The notes under the pieces are model-generated. The model did no database searches. It was not told the DNA's origin and saw only the letters and a list, made by a program, of their open reading frames with translations. From Cyanobacteria bacterium P01_A01_bin.123 (GTDB lineage: Bacteria; Cyanobacteriota; Cyanobacteriia; Phormidesmidales; Phormidesmidaceae): a stretch of 64,000 nt of DNA. How positions within the stretch are numbered: the first letter of the stretch is position 1; each line of letters opens with the position of its first letter. The stretch lies in the NCBI GenBank assembly GCA_039815185.1, contig JBCBZT010000036.1, forward strand, positions 23,916 through 87,915, read 5' to 3'. Position numbers and translations under genes: made by a program. This document shows positions 40,093-50,183 of the stretch, piece after piece.

Positions 40093-40174
40093 AGTAGTGG
40101 ATCTTCCCTTCCAAATCTTTAATTATACTTTCTGATGACGGGAAACTTCCTGTAGTGCGATCGCTTCTAGTGCA

Positions 40175-41617
40175 CTAAGGGGCAAACAGCTTCTCTAACT
40201 GCTTTTGCACCCAGGCGACCGGATTCGTATCGTAATCATTGTTGATCAACCCAAGCTCTCGCAGGCGGCGATTTTGCTGGGTGAGTTCTTTTTCGTGGCG
40301 ACCCATTTCTTTCACGATCAAATCATAAAGGCGGGGCTGGCTTTTTAAAATCTGATTGAAGCCTTGGGGCGTGATCGCAAATACAGTCGTTTCTTCGACG
40401 GCTTCGATAGTGACTGTGCGGGGAATACCGAGCATCAACGAGAATTCACCCACGAACTGTCCTGCTTTGAGCACCGTGGGGGGGTGCTCGGCGTCATCGA
40501 TGGTATAGCTCACCGCGCCGGTCAAAATGATATAAAACGCATCACCGGGATCTCCCTTCTTAAACAGCACTTCACCCTTGCTCAAACGTCTGCGATAGCC
40601 AATTTCCACCAGCTTCCGCAACTCCACTGTGCTGCATTTTTCAATGTAAGGAATCTGACGCAGCAAATCTCTGACGGCGACAGGTTTGGGGTAGGTTTCA
40701 TTGAAGGTTTGAGTCTCCCGATGCATCTGGATATGGCGTTCATAATCTGCCGGAGAGGACTGGACCACCAAATTAGGGTTGCGGTGCCAAACGTCATAGC
40801 GGGGTGACGCCAGTCGAATGCGGTGCTGCCTCAGGTTTTGATCGATGATGAACCGTAAAGAACTTTCGGTTTTGTGCTTCAGATCAATGTGATTGATCCA
40901 AATCCACAGCACAAAGTCTAAAGAGTTTTCGCCAAAACCCGTGAAATAAACTTCTGGCGGATATTCGTAAGAGACGGTTGCTTCTAAATATGCCGAATCG
41001 AGTAGCGCCTCAATCACCACCACAGGATCGCTTTCGTGGGCAACGCTAACGTAGACAGGCACCCAGCCTTTGGTGTTGTGATAAGTCCAGTTGATCACAT
41101 GGGTGCCCACAAGGCTGCTGTTGGGGATGACGATATGCCGTTTGGTAATGGTCTGAATCACCGTAGAACGCAGGGAAATTTCGGCAATGTATCCCGAGAG
41201 CCCTTCCCACTCTACAAAATCGCCCACTTTAAGCTTTTGTTCGACCAATATGGCGATGCCGCTGGTGAAGTTGCGAGTCAGATCTTGCAAGCCAAAGCCA
41301 ATGCCAATGCCCAAGCTACCCACCAAGACGGCAATAGAGGCAAGGTTGATGCCTAGGGCTTGCAGCAATATGATGCAAACCATCATCCCTGCCCCGTAGC
41401 TGGTAATCGTGGCAATCGATTCACGGGTACCTTGCTTAAATCCTAAGCGTCCTAAAATCTGGTTCGATAGTAGACGCTTAAAACCTAGGGAAAACAGCAG
41501 CGCCATCAGCAGGGCGAGCATAAACTGCGCGATCGCGCTCAGGGTCAAAGCTGAGCCACCAATGTTGAGAAATGGCGTGTCCAGCACTTGCTGAAGCGTC
41601 TCTAGAAAATTGCCCAT
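40175..41617 (-). CDS. MscS mechanosensitive channel with C-terminal cyclic-nucleotide-binding domain
   Basis: GIGIGFGLQD, KVGDFVE, IPNS; C-terminal GDPGDAFYIILTG, VGEFSL, PRTVT. Confidence 0.92.
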   Translation of the reverse strand: MGNFLETLQQVLDTPFLNIGGSALTLSAIAQFMLALLMALLFSLGFKRLLSNQILGRLGFKQGTRESIATITSYGAGMMVCIILLQALGINLASIAVLVGSLGIGIGFGLQDLTRNFTSGIAILVEQKLKVGDFVEWEGLSGYIAEISLRSTVIQTITKRHIVIPNSSLVGTHVINWTYHNTKGWVPVYVSVAHESDPVVVIEALLDSAYLEATVSYEYPPEVYFTGFGENSLDFVLWIWINHIDLKHKTESSLRFIIDQNLRQHRIRLASPRYDVWHRNPNLVVQSSPADYERHIQMHRETQTFNETYPKPVAVRDLLRQIPYIEKCSTVELRKLVEIGYRRRLSKGEVLFKKGDPGDAFYIILTGAVSYTIDDAEHPPTVLKAGQFVGEFSLMLGIPRTVTIEAVEETTVFAITPQGFNQILKSQPRLYDLIVKEMGRHEKELTQQNRRLRELGLINNDYDTNPVAWVQKQLEKLFAP

Positions 41618-41917
41618 CGACTCAAAGACCGCGATTACTTTTCCAAGGGAATTATGACAGGCAGGTTGTGCCGACGGGGGGCAGGGGTAAAACGGTTACC
41701 CCTGCAGATCGGCTTGAAGAACGACCCCAAAGATCCAGCTAGCCTCTCTCAATGGTCAGTTGTGAAAATGTTAGATTCGAAGCAATGGGTTTTGAGCCAG
41801 GTTGTAGTGGGGGTGGCTGCGGCGGGGGTGGCTGCGGTGAGGGATAGGCAGGTTGTTCTCAGAGCATGAAAACCAGGATGGATGGCAATTTTTTTACCTT
41901 AATACCGATCTAGATCT

Positions 41918-42763
41918 ATGCAGAAATCTGGTTGGGATGCCCGCCGTCGAAATCGCAATATGGGTACTGCCAAGTCTGGTCATGGCCAAGACAAGCGGCT
42001 CACTATCCCAGAGTCATGGGCCGACAACCGTCGCTTTTACGAAAGGCTCCACAACCCAGTTGCACTAGCACGTGAAATCAACGGACATAGACTTACGTTT
42101 CTGATCGAAGCGACGCACGCTGATTTTTGTCATGCCTGCACCCCCCAAGATATTGAACGGGTGCTTGAGCTGATACCACTGGATCATCTCGCGCCGATCA
42201 GACTGATTGTGTTGAGACAGCCGAAGCGTAAAGAACTTATCCTCAATCCGGTTTGGGGGAGGCTCCAGTATTGGGCTGATATGGGGCCATACTCAGGGCC
42301 TGCGATCCACCTCGAAGCACAGCCTGTCAATGCCACCTATCGATGGCCCAAGTCGCTAACCCCAGATCAGGCACTTGAATTGAACCGTCTCGAACAAGAG
42401 GGGCACCAGATTCGCAGCGATCGCCGATATCATCACATCACGAGCAACTTCGAAGCCCTGCGGTATACCCAGCTTTATCGCACCACCCCCCATGAGATTG
42501 GCCACTATGTCGATTATTTGGAAAGCGTGACGATCCCCGCAGGCGAAGATGTAGTTGAACGGCAGCAGTTAGACAATCGGTATGCGTCTAAACCCACGAA
42601 AGATAAAGAAGACTTCGCCAACCGCTACGCAACTGAGTTCCTGACACAGCAAGTCCAAAGAGGCCGTTTACCGTTCGATCGATTATTGGATCGTAAACAA
42701 CTGAAAAAGGCTGGGCTTGATCCTGCATGGTTTAGTCATCCTCATGCGGTTGATCCGCTTTAA
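41918..42763 (+). CDS. hypothetical protein with an HEIGH (zincin-like) motif
   Basis: 281 aa ORF; HEIGHYVD followed by EDFANRYA. Confidence 0.7.
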   Translation: MQKSGWDARRRNRNMGTAKSGHGQDKRLTIPESWADNRRFYERLHNPVALAREINGHRLTFLIEATHADFCHACTPQDIERVLELIPLDHLAPIRLIVLRQPKRKELILNPVWGRLQYWADMGPYSGPAIHLEAQPVNATYRWPKSLTPDQALELNRLEQEGHQIRSDRRYHHITSNFEALRYTQLYRTTPHEIGHYVDYLESVTIPAGEDVVERQQLDNRYASKPTKDKEDFANRYATEFLTQQVQRGRLPFDRLLDRKQLKKAGLDPAWFSHPHAVDPL

Positions 42764-43514
42764 GCATTGCCATCCAGGTCATGTCATCCTGACTCAATGA
42801 AGGATTAGGGGGTTGTGCATAATCAATCGCTAAATCTAGAGCTGCCTCGGCATAAATTTGGTTTAGGAGGGCAGCTAAATCAATCACAGGTTCAGGGTCA
42901 CTTGACCTCAACGGTAATGGAAAGCGAGGGATCGCTTCCCTTAAGTCAAACGGATAGCGAGCTGCTGTTGGACGGTCGCGGACACAACTGACCAAGATTT
43001 GATAATCAGACTTCCGTCCTCCTTCTACTGGCATTGGTTTCCCGGTTCTGAGCAAATCAATTTCAACCAGATGAGTCGGACTCGATAAGATGCTTTGCCG
43101 TTTCTCCAAATATTGAGTACGACCTTCCCCAGCACGTTTGTTCTTGGGGGAAAGCAGCTCAACAACTGTAACAACTCGGTTTGTTTCCACTTCCCGAATT
43201 TCTAAGTAGCGTTCAGTAATTTCTTCGGTCATCGGCACGCTAACACGCTCTGGTTTGCTCAATACAGCAGTCCGTTGAGCAGCCTCAACCCTAACTGTGG
43301 GTCTTTTTTCAAATACTGATGTATCTGGGATACCGACCAAAATGGCATCCAAGTAAACCCTTTTTTCCACCGCAGCTCGATATTTAGGGGTTATTTCCAG
43401 ATTCAGCGTTCTCATCAGAGCACCGATTAGCCCGTAGTGAACCTCTGGCCACAGAGCAGGGTTTTCGAGATATGGGTTCATGCCTGGAAAAGCAGGTCGA
43501 TTAGCCATAGTCAT
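42732..43514 (-). CDS. DUF4058 family protein
   Basis: FPGMNPYLE, ELLSPKNK, HLVEIDLLR. Confidence 0.88.
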   Translation of the reverse strand: MTMANRPAFPGMNPYLENPALWPEVHYGLIGALMRTLNLEITPKYRAAVEKRVYLDAILVGIPDTSVFEKRPTVRVEAAQRTAVLSKPERVSVPMTEEITERYLEIREVETNRVVTVVELLSPKNKRAGEGRTQYLEKRQSILSSPTHLVEIDLLRTGKPMPVEGGRKSDYQILVSCVRDRPTAARYPFDLREAIPRFPLPLRSSDPEPVIDLAALLNQIYAEAALDLAIDYAQPPNPSLSQDDMTWMAMLKADQPHEDD

Positions 43515-43659
43515 GCGATCGCGCCTAATACTTGCTCTTATTCTATCGATGCGGCATCCGATGACGTTGTTCAAGCCAAACGCGAATTTCGGTGTCTATT
43601 CTACTCATCCCCTCCACCGTAAGCAGTCTTAATTAGACAAACAAACAGTTGATTGCATT

Positions 43660-43686
43660 GCATCTATCAGGGAAGTTGATAGATGC
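43660..43686. promoter_or_regulatory. LysR-type binding site
   Basis: GCATCTATCA-N7-TGATAGATGC, containing T-N11-A, upstream of the LysR gene. Confidence 0.65.
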
Positions 43687-43738
43687 GATCGTTCATCACC
43701 TGCCACAATGCGGATATTGAAAGTGGGATAGGTTTGCA

Positions 43739-44650
43739 ATGGGGCTTGAACGATCAAACCAGCTTAAACCCGCTCAGCTCCAAGTGTTGCTTACGGTGGC
43801 CGACTGCGGCAGTTTTAGTGAAGCGGCACTACAGCTCCAGCTTTCACAGTCTGCGATTAGCTATACCATTGCCAGCCTCGAAGAAGAACTCGGTGTGGTG
43901 CTGTTTTCCAGGGGACGCTATGGGGCCACGCTAACGCCAATTGGGGCGGAAATTACCGAGCGGGCAAAGCAACTGCTGTATTTGGTCGATGACATCTACC
44001 ACCAAGCCAATTTAGCGAAAGGGTTGCAGGGAGGCCAGATTCGGATTTCCGCCTTTCGCAGCGCGGGCACCCATATCTTGCCTGAGGTGATTGCCCAATA
44101 TTGCCAGCGATACCCCGAGATTGCAGTCCGCATTGCCGAACACGATGACCGTCCTGATGTTGAGGAAGATTTACGTAAAGGTAAGGCCGATGTGGGCATC
44201 ACTTATCTCCCGGCAGCTCGATATTTAGAAATTTGGCCGCTGATGCAGGATGAGTTTGTGATTTTATTTCCACCAGGGTTTGAGCTGGCTGGGGAAAACC
44301 TGACTTGGCAAGAAGTAATGGCTTACCCACTGATCATGGCTCCTGACGGGGACCTCTGCGACGCGATGGTCTATGCCCACTGTGCCAAATACGGCATCGA
44401 TTTAAAGCCGACCTATCACATCCGCTCAGATGCCACCATCGTCAACATGGTGGCCCAGGGGATTGGTGCAGCCATTAGCCCCCGGTTAGCGGCAGAACCG
44501 ATTCCGGCAGGGGTGAAAGTATACAGCTTACCGAAACCAGTCTTTCGTAACATCTGTGTGGCAACGCTGGCGGATGCGCTGCTGTCTCCAGCCGTGTTTG
44601 CGTTTTTGGATTTGCTTAAACAGACGGTGAGCTCAGGCGATAGTGTGTAG
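43739..44650 (+). CDS. LysR family transcriptional regulator
   Basis: GSFSEAALQLQLSQSAISYTIASLEEELGVVLF. Confidence 0.95.
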   Translation: MGLERSNQLKPAQLQVLLTVADCGSFSEAALQLQLSQSAISYTIASLEEELGVVLFSRGRYGATLTPIGAEITERAKQLLYLVDDIYHQANLAKGLQGGQIRISAFRSAGTHILPEVIAQYCQRYPEIAVRIAEHDDRPDVEEDLRKGKADVGITYLPAARYLEIWPLMQDEFVILFPPGFELAGENLTWQEVMAYPLIMAPDGDLCDAMVYAHCAKYGIDLKPTYHIRSDATIVNMVAQGIGAAISPRLAAEPIPAGVKVYSLPKPVFRNICVATLADALLSPAVFAFLDLLKQTVSSGDSV

Positions 44651-44682
44651 TGATTGCTCATGACTATTCTTTAAAATCCAAT

Positions 44683-46227
44683 TCAGCTTGAACCACTACC
44701 CAGTAAAAATAATCCAATCATGGTGACACTATTCCAGGCGCTGTGGAGCATAATCGGGGCGAGTAAGTTACGCGATCGCGTATAGACAAACCCGAGCATT
44801 GCCCCCAGTGTCATCAACGGCAGCACCTCTGACAGGCTGAGGTGGGCGGCGGCAAAGACAAAACTGCTGAGCGCGATCGCGCCCCAAACCGGCATATACC
44901 GCGTTAGCGACGGCAGCAAAAAACCGCGAAATAGAATTTCTTCAAAGATGGGCGCGGCGACTGATGCAGTCAGCAAAAACGCAATCAGCGCCACTGAATC
45001 GCTCTCTTCTAAAACCGTTTGCAACAGCGGATTGCTACCCCCTTGTCCTTGCCAAAACTGTTGGTTGAGCAACGATATGCCAATCATCAGGGGTAGGGCA
45101 CAAAAGTAGCCACCGATGCCCCACAATAGCCAATTGCTACGCCAGCGAAACTGAAACCAACCTTCTGGCAGGGGTAGATAGGGGCGAATCGAGGCGTAGA
45201 TGACACTCACGCCGATGACGGCCATTAGCACGTAGTAGCCCATGGAATATAGCGCCCGCCCCCGACTCCCGAGGGCCGCAATATTTAAACCCAACTGCCC
45301 GAGCAAAAAGGGAAGCAACAGTTGACCCGTGAAGAAGAATCCTAAAATCAATACCTGCCAAATGATTTCCCCTGTCCAAGGCGTTTCCCAACCCTTATTT
45401 TCATTTTGGGCAATCCAGGCGTCTTTGCCCCGCAGCAGACGCTGGGTGATCAGCGTAATCAAAGTGGCCGCGCCCAAGAGACACCCCACCGTGGGTAACA
45501 CACCGACAACAATCACCTTGTACAGGGCGCTTTCAGCAGCATCCTGTTCGGCTGCTTGGAGACGACGTAGGGCACTGGTGCGGTTTTGCAACCCGTAAAG
45601 CTGGGCTAGGGCTTGATTGCGAAACCAGCCGTCCAGATTCGTTTCAATTAACCCTTCCGCACCGTTAGGTAAGCTGGCTGGCTGGCTCCAAAGGCCGCTG
45701 AGGGTGGTGGCAGTTTGGGCGATCGCATCCGTACCGCTACCCGACTGTTGCAGGATGCGCCAGGTTTTCAACGCAGCGTCTGTCTCACCCAGTTCTGCTT
45801 GTAAGAGACCAATCCGCAAATCTAACTGCTGCTGCAAGATCACCTGCTGCTGGATAGCGATCTGGAGTCGATTGGGCCGGGCTAGCGAACTGCCATTACC
45901 CGAATTGTCTAGGGGAGCTTGGGCGATCGCGGTTTCCGCTTTATCGATATTATTGGTAGCGTCTTGGCGCACTGATTGGTACTGGTCTAAGGTCGTTTGT
46001 AAGGGCTCATCCCCCAACAATGCTTGCCGCAACTGCTCGACAGTGGCCGAGTCAACCCCTTCCCCTTGCCACTCGGTTGCCTGCAAGAACAAATCAGCCT
46101 GATAAAGCTGCAGGCGGCTGGTCACCTGGGGCTGTTGCCAACTGCTAATTAAGGAACTCCCGACCGCGAGGGCTACTAACGCCGTCAACACGGTCAAAAT
46201 CAGTCGTCTAAGTACGGTCATACCCAT
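44683..46227 (-). CDS. CPBP (CAAX/Abi) intramembrane metalloprotease
   Basis: APIFEEILFRG, FAAAH, IMLHSAWN. Start is 46227 or 46221. Confidence 0.9.
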   Translation of the reverse strand: MGMTVLRRLILTVLTALVALAVGSSLISSWQQPQVTSRLQLYQADLFLQATEWQGEGVDSATVEQLRQALLGDEPLQTTLDQYQSVRQDATNNIDKAETAIAQAPLDNSGNGSSLARPNRLQIAIQQQVILQQQLDLRIGLLQAELGETDAALKTWRILQQSGSGTDAIAQTATTLSGLWSQPASLPNGAEGLIETNLDGWFRNQALAQLYGLQNRTSALRRLQAAEQDAAESALYKVIVVGVLPTVGCLLGAATLITLITQRLLRGKDAWIAQNENKGWETPWTGEIIWQVLILGFFFTGQLLLPFLLGQLGLNIAALGSRGRALYSMGYYVLMAVIGVSVIYASIRPYLPLPEGWFQFRWRSNWLLWGIGGYFCALPLMIGISLLNQQFWQGQGGSNPLLQTVLEESDSVALIAFLLTASVAAPIFEEILFRGFLLPSLTRYMPVWGAIALSSFVFAAAHLSLSEVLPLMTLGAMLGFVYTRSRNLLAPIMLHSAWNSVTMIGLFLLGSGSS

Positions 46228-46402
46228 TGAAAGAAGGTTTAATCCAAACAGCCATCGTTGCAATAGCGGGGTTTGCCCAGCTCGGCTACTGGGTGCATTA
46301 TCGCATCGTTTCTTAACCAGATTCAGGAAGCAGATTGGGTGTAGGATAGCGCAACCCATCGGGTTAGAATCTGACTGGCTGAGCGACAGAGAGGATAAAC
46401 CC

Positions 46403-47776
46403 CTGAAAACCCGCATTATTCTAGTCCGACATGGTCAAAGCTCCTATAATCTCCAAGGCCGAATTCAAGGCCATTGTGACGAGTCTTCCCTGACTGAGCT
46501 GGGTCAACAGCAAGCTCGCAAAGTCGGTTCTGCTTTGCTGGGCATCAGCTTTGACGCCGTTTACGCCAGCTCGTTGCAGCGGGCTAGTCAAACAGCCGCT
46601 TTAGTGGTTGCAATGCTGCGATCGCAGACACCCAATCTCCCCGATCCCATCTGCCAAGACACCCTCAAAGAAATTAGCCTTCCCCTGTGGGAAGGCTTAT
46701 CTTTTGAAGCGGCAGAGACCAAATATCCTACGGAATACAAAGCTTGGCGACAGCAGCCTGAAGCGTTTTGCATGCAGTTGCCCAAAGATCAGGATTCCGG
46801 AGATGGCGGGACAGAAGCGTTCTATCCCATGCGTGAGCTGTATCAGCGGGCTCAAGAATTTTGGCAAACCCTATTACCTAACCATCCGGGTCAAACGATA
46901 TTGGTGGTGGCCCATAGCGCCATTAACCGCGCCCTGATTAGCGTTGCGCTAGACATTGGCCCCGAAAAGCACAACCAACTCGATCAAGCCAACTGCTGCA
47001 TCAGCGTCCTCAACTTTTCTGGCACGCTGGGAGACAAGGTTCAGATCGAGTCTATGAACCTGACCAGCCATATGGGCCAACCATTGCCACCCATGCGCAA
47101 AACCCACCGGGGGCCCAGGATGTTGCTGGTGCGCCACGGCGAAACCGACTGGAACCGCGACAAACGCTTCCAAGGCCAGCGGGACATCCCCCTCAACGAT
47201 AATGGACGGGCTCAGGGGGCGAAAGCGGCCGAATTTCTCAAAGCCATCCCCATTGATGCCGCCGTCAGCAGCTCCATGCTGCGCCCTAAGGAGACCGCCG
47301 AACTCATTTTGCAACATCACCCTGGCCTTGATCTGCGGCTCGAAGATGGCCTACGGGAAATCGGCCACGGTGAATGGGAAGGCATGCTTGAAGCGGACAT
47401 TGAAGCGGGATATCCTGGCCTGTTGCAACAGTGGCAAGACGCCCCCGAAACGGTGCAAATGCCTGGGGGTGAAAACTTGCAGGAGGTCTGGCAGCGAGCG
47501 ATCGCAGCTTGGAAAGCTATCGTTGCCGCCCACAGCGGCAGCGACACCCCTAAAACTGTATTAGTCACCGCCCACGACGCCGTCAACAAAGCCATTCTTT
47601 GCCACGTGCTGGGGTTCGAGCCCAATCAGTTTTGGACTTTCAAACAGGGTAACGGTGCCGTCAGCGTCATTGACTACCCCGACGGCGTTGGTAGCCCGCC
47701 AGTCCTCAAAGCCATGAATATTACCACCCACCTGACTGCCGGGATTTTTGACCAAACGGCGGCGGGAGCGCTTTAG
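46403..47776 (+). CDS. two-domain histidine phosphatase family protein
   Basis: Two RHG motifs (ILVRHGQS upstream of the track's start, and LLVRHGETDWN). Probable CTG start at 46403 after GAGAGGA. Confidence 0.9.
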   Translation: MKTRIILVRHGQSSYNLQGRIQGHCDESSLTELGQQQARKVGSALLGISFDAVYASSLQRASQTAALVVAMLRSQTPNLPDPICQDTLKEISLPLWEGLSFEAAETKYPTEYKAWRQQPEAFCMQLPKDQDSGDGGTEAFYPMRELYQRAQEFWQTLLPNHPGQTILVVAHSAINRALISVALDIGPEKHNQLDQANCCISVLNFSGTLGDKVQIESMNLTSHMGQPLPPMRKTHRGPRMLLVRHGETDWNRDKRFQGQRDIPLNDNGRAQGAKAAEFLKAIPIDAAVSSSMLRPKETAELILQHHPGLDLRLEDGLREIGHGEWEGMLEADIEAGYPGLLQQWQDAPETVQMPGGENLQEVWQRAIAAWKAIVAAHSGSDTPKTVLVTAHDAVNKAILCHVLGFEPNQFWTFKQGNGAVSVIDYPDGVGSPPVLKAMNITTHLTAGIFDQTAAGAL

Positions 47777-47787
47777 TCGCTGAACCA

Positions 47788-49050
47788 ATGACAGCAACTT
47801 TAATCCAACAAGTGCGCATACTTGACCCGGTCTCTGGGACAGATCGAGTCGGGGATGTGCTGATTGAGGCGGGGGTGCTGAGCGCGATCGCAGACCAGAT
47901 TCCGCCACCACCAGAGGCAGAGTGTATTAACGGAGCAGGCAAAATTTTTGCCCCTGCTCTAGTTGATCTCTATAGCCACAGTGGGGAACCGGGCTATGAA
48001 TCGCGGGAAACCTTGGCGTCGTTGCGGCAAAGCGCGATCGCGGGGGGGTTTTCGCGGGTGTGTTTGCTGCCAACGACGCAACCAGCTCTGGACAATCCGG
48101 CATTAGTCGGGCAAATTCTAGCCGGCAATCATCAGGGGCAGGGGGCTAATTTTTTTGTCTGGGGCACGGCTACCCAAGCGGCCCAGGGGCAGGCGATGGC
48201 TGAACTGGGGGACTTAGACCAGGCAGGGGTGGTTGGGTTCGGGGATGGTCGCCCCTTAGCAGACTGGTTATTAGTTAATCGCCTGTTGGACTATGCTCAA
48301 CTGTTTGGCAAACCCGTAGCCCTGTGGCCAAGATTGACTGCCTTAGCCGGGAGTGGCGTGATTCGGGATGGCGTGACGGCTCTCCAACTGGGCATGCCAG
48401 GAGATCCGGTGTCTTCGGAAACTGCTGCGCTGGCGGCATTGTTAGAATGTGTGGCTGATTTCAAGGTGCCGGTGCACCTCATGCGGATTTCCACCGCCCG
48501 TGGCGTCGCCCTGATTGAGCGGGCTAAAGCCCAAGGGCTGCCGATTAGCGCCAGTACGACCTGGATGCACCTGTGTTTCAACACTGCCGATTTACAGTCC
48601 TATGATCCCAATTTGAACCTCGCCCCACCCCTAGGCAACCCTGAAGATCAGCAGGCGTTGATTGCTGCGGTAGCAGGGGGCATCCTCGATGGCATCGCTG
48701 TGGAACATACCCCTTACACCTACGAAGAAAAGACCGTCGCCTTCAGCGATGCCCCCCCCGGCGCGATTGGCCTAGAACTGGTGCTGCCCCTGCTGTGGCA
48801 AAAACTGGTGGCTACCCAAATTTGGTCGCCGCTGACATTGTGGAATGCCCTGAGTGCGCACCCTGCCAGGTGTCTACAGCAATCGCCTCCCCAGTTGGCT
48901 GTCGGCGACTCAGCCGAAGCGTTGTTGTTTGATCCCCACCAAACCTGGCAGGTGCGTCAACCCATGCTCAAATCTTTAGCCACTAATACCCCCTGGTATG
49001 GCAAGATGCTCACCGGCAAAGTGCTCCAAACCTGGACTCAGCCCGCTTAA
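47788..49050 (+). CDS. pyrC: dihydroorotase-family protein (PyrC'-like)
   Basis: DLYSHSGEPG, AGGFSRV, PPLG, EHTPY. Metal ligands deviate from active PyrC. Confidence 0.82.
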   Translation: MTATLIQQVRILDPVSGTDRVGDVLIEAGVLSAIADQIPPPPEAECINGAGKIFAPALVDLYSHSGEPGYESRETLASLRQSAIAGGFSRVCLLPTTQPALDNPALVGQILAGNHQGQGANFFVWGTATQAAQGQAMAELGDLDQAGVVGFGDGRPLADWLLVNRLLDYAQLFGKPVALWPRLTALAGSGVIRDGVTALQLGMPGDPVSSETAALAALLECVADFKVPVHLMRISTARGVALIERAKAQGLPISASTTWMHLCFNTADLQSYDPNLNLAPPLGNPEDQQALIAAVAGGILDGIAVEHTPYTYEEKTVAFSDAPPGAIGLELVLPLLWQKLVATQIWSPLTLWNALSAHPARCLQQSPPQLAVGDSAEALLFDPHQTWQVRQPMLKSLATNTPWYGKMLTGKVLQTWTQPA

Positions 49051-49868
49051 TAGAGTGCCTGCATCAAGCGTCGTCGATAGGGTTGGGTCAGTTCATGGTC
49101 TTCGCCTAAGAGGTTAAACAGGCTAACCATGGCTTTGCGGGCACCGTCTTTTTGATAGGCGCGATCGCGCCCGACAATCTCTAAAAATTCTGCTAGAGCG
49201 GTTTCATAATCTGCGGCGATCGCAGCCTGACAACCCTTCAGATACCGCTCATCGAGTTCTGTTTCAACCGTTAAATTTGCCGCCTGCTGTTTGAAGCCAA
49301 TCAGCGATCGCAGTCCTTCTGCCTTGGGAAAAAACGCTTTGTCTTGGGGAGTAATGCCCTGCAATAGTTTTTCAGCCGAATCAATCCGATCTTGGCCGAT
49401 CAAAAACTTTGCTGCCTCAATGATCAACCGTTGATCGTTGGGATACTGCTCAATTAACTGGACGAATAACCGCTTGACCGTATCCAGCTCACCCTTAGAC
49501 TGAGCTGTTCGAACTGCGGCCAACCCTGTTTCTAGCCCAGAAGACAACCCCAGTTTGCCTAACAAAGCCCGAATGTCAGATTCAGGAATAACCCCAACAA
49601 AGCCATCCACCACTTGCCCTTCCCAAAACACTTTGACATCGGGTACGCCCTCCACACCGTAGGCGTTGGCCAAGGCTGGATTTTGGTCAATGTCAACTTT
49701 TGCTAACACCATGTCGTAGTCTTGGGCCAAGTTTTCGAGCATGGGTTTGAGCATTTGGCAAGGGCCACACCAAGTCGCAAAAAAATCCACAACCACCGGT
49801 TGATTGTGGGACTCAATCAACACGGCTGATTCAAATTGTGAATCGCTCACCTCAACAACGGTACCCAT
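49047..49868 (-). CDS. thioredoxin-TPR chaperedoxin (YbbN/CnoX-like)
   Basis: WCGPC; C-terminal ARKAMV..F..LG...YRRRL. Confidence 0.9.
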   Translation of the reverse strand: MGTVVEVSDSQFESAVLIESHNQPVVVDFFATWCGPCQMLKPMLENLAQDYDMVLAKVDIDQNPALANAYGVEGVPDVKVFWEGQVVDGFVGVIPESDIRALLGKLGLSSGLETGLAAVRTAQSKGELDTVKRLFVQLIEQYPNDQRLIIEAAKFLIGQDRIDSAEKLLQGITPQDKAFFPKAEGLRSLIGFKQQAANLTVETELDERYLKGCQAAIAADYETALAEFLEIVGRDRAYQKDGARKAMVSLFNLLGEDHELTQPYRRRLMQALY

Positions 49869-50183
49869 GGAATGTCACACCCCAACTGAAGAACAACAGG
49901 ACAATCTAAATAAACCCTATCCCAGGCTAGACCTGGCGTTTTACCGACAGGGAAACTCCCCATTCCAAGCTAGATTTGGGATAACTCGACAAGACATCCC
50001 ATCCGATTTGAGCCTGAGTTTTTAGCTTAAGAAAAAACCATGGATTTAAATAGGGACGGAATTTAATTCTAGACTGGCGGGCATAATTGCTGGAGGGCAA
50101 CCTACTGGAATATCCCTACATCAGTAGAATAACTAAATGCTATTCTGCGGATCTTCGGGTAACTCGACCGTTTCACGCTGACT

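Noticed and set aside
41806..41840. GGGGTGGCTGCGG repeated twice
   Set aside because: Short, low-complexity and only two copies.
47788..49050. Degenerate metal ligands in the dihydroorotase as a novelty
   Set aside because: Inactive PyrC'-type subunits are already known.
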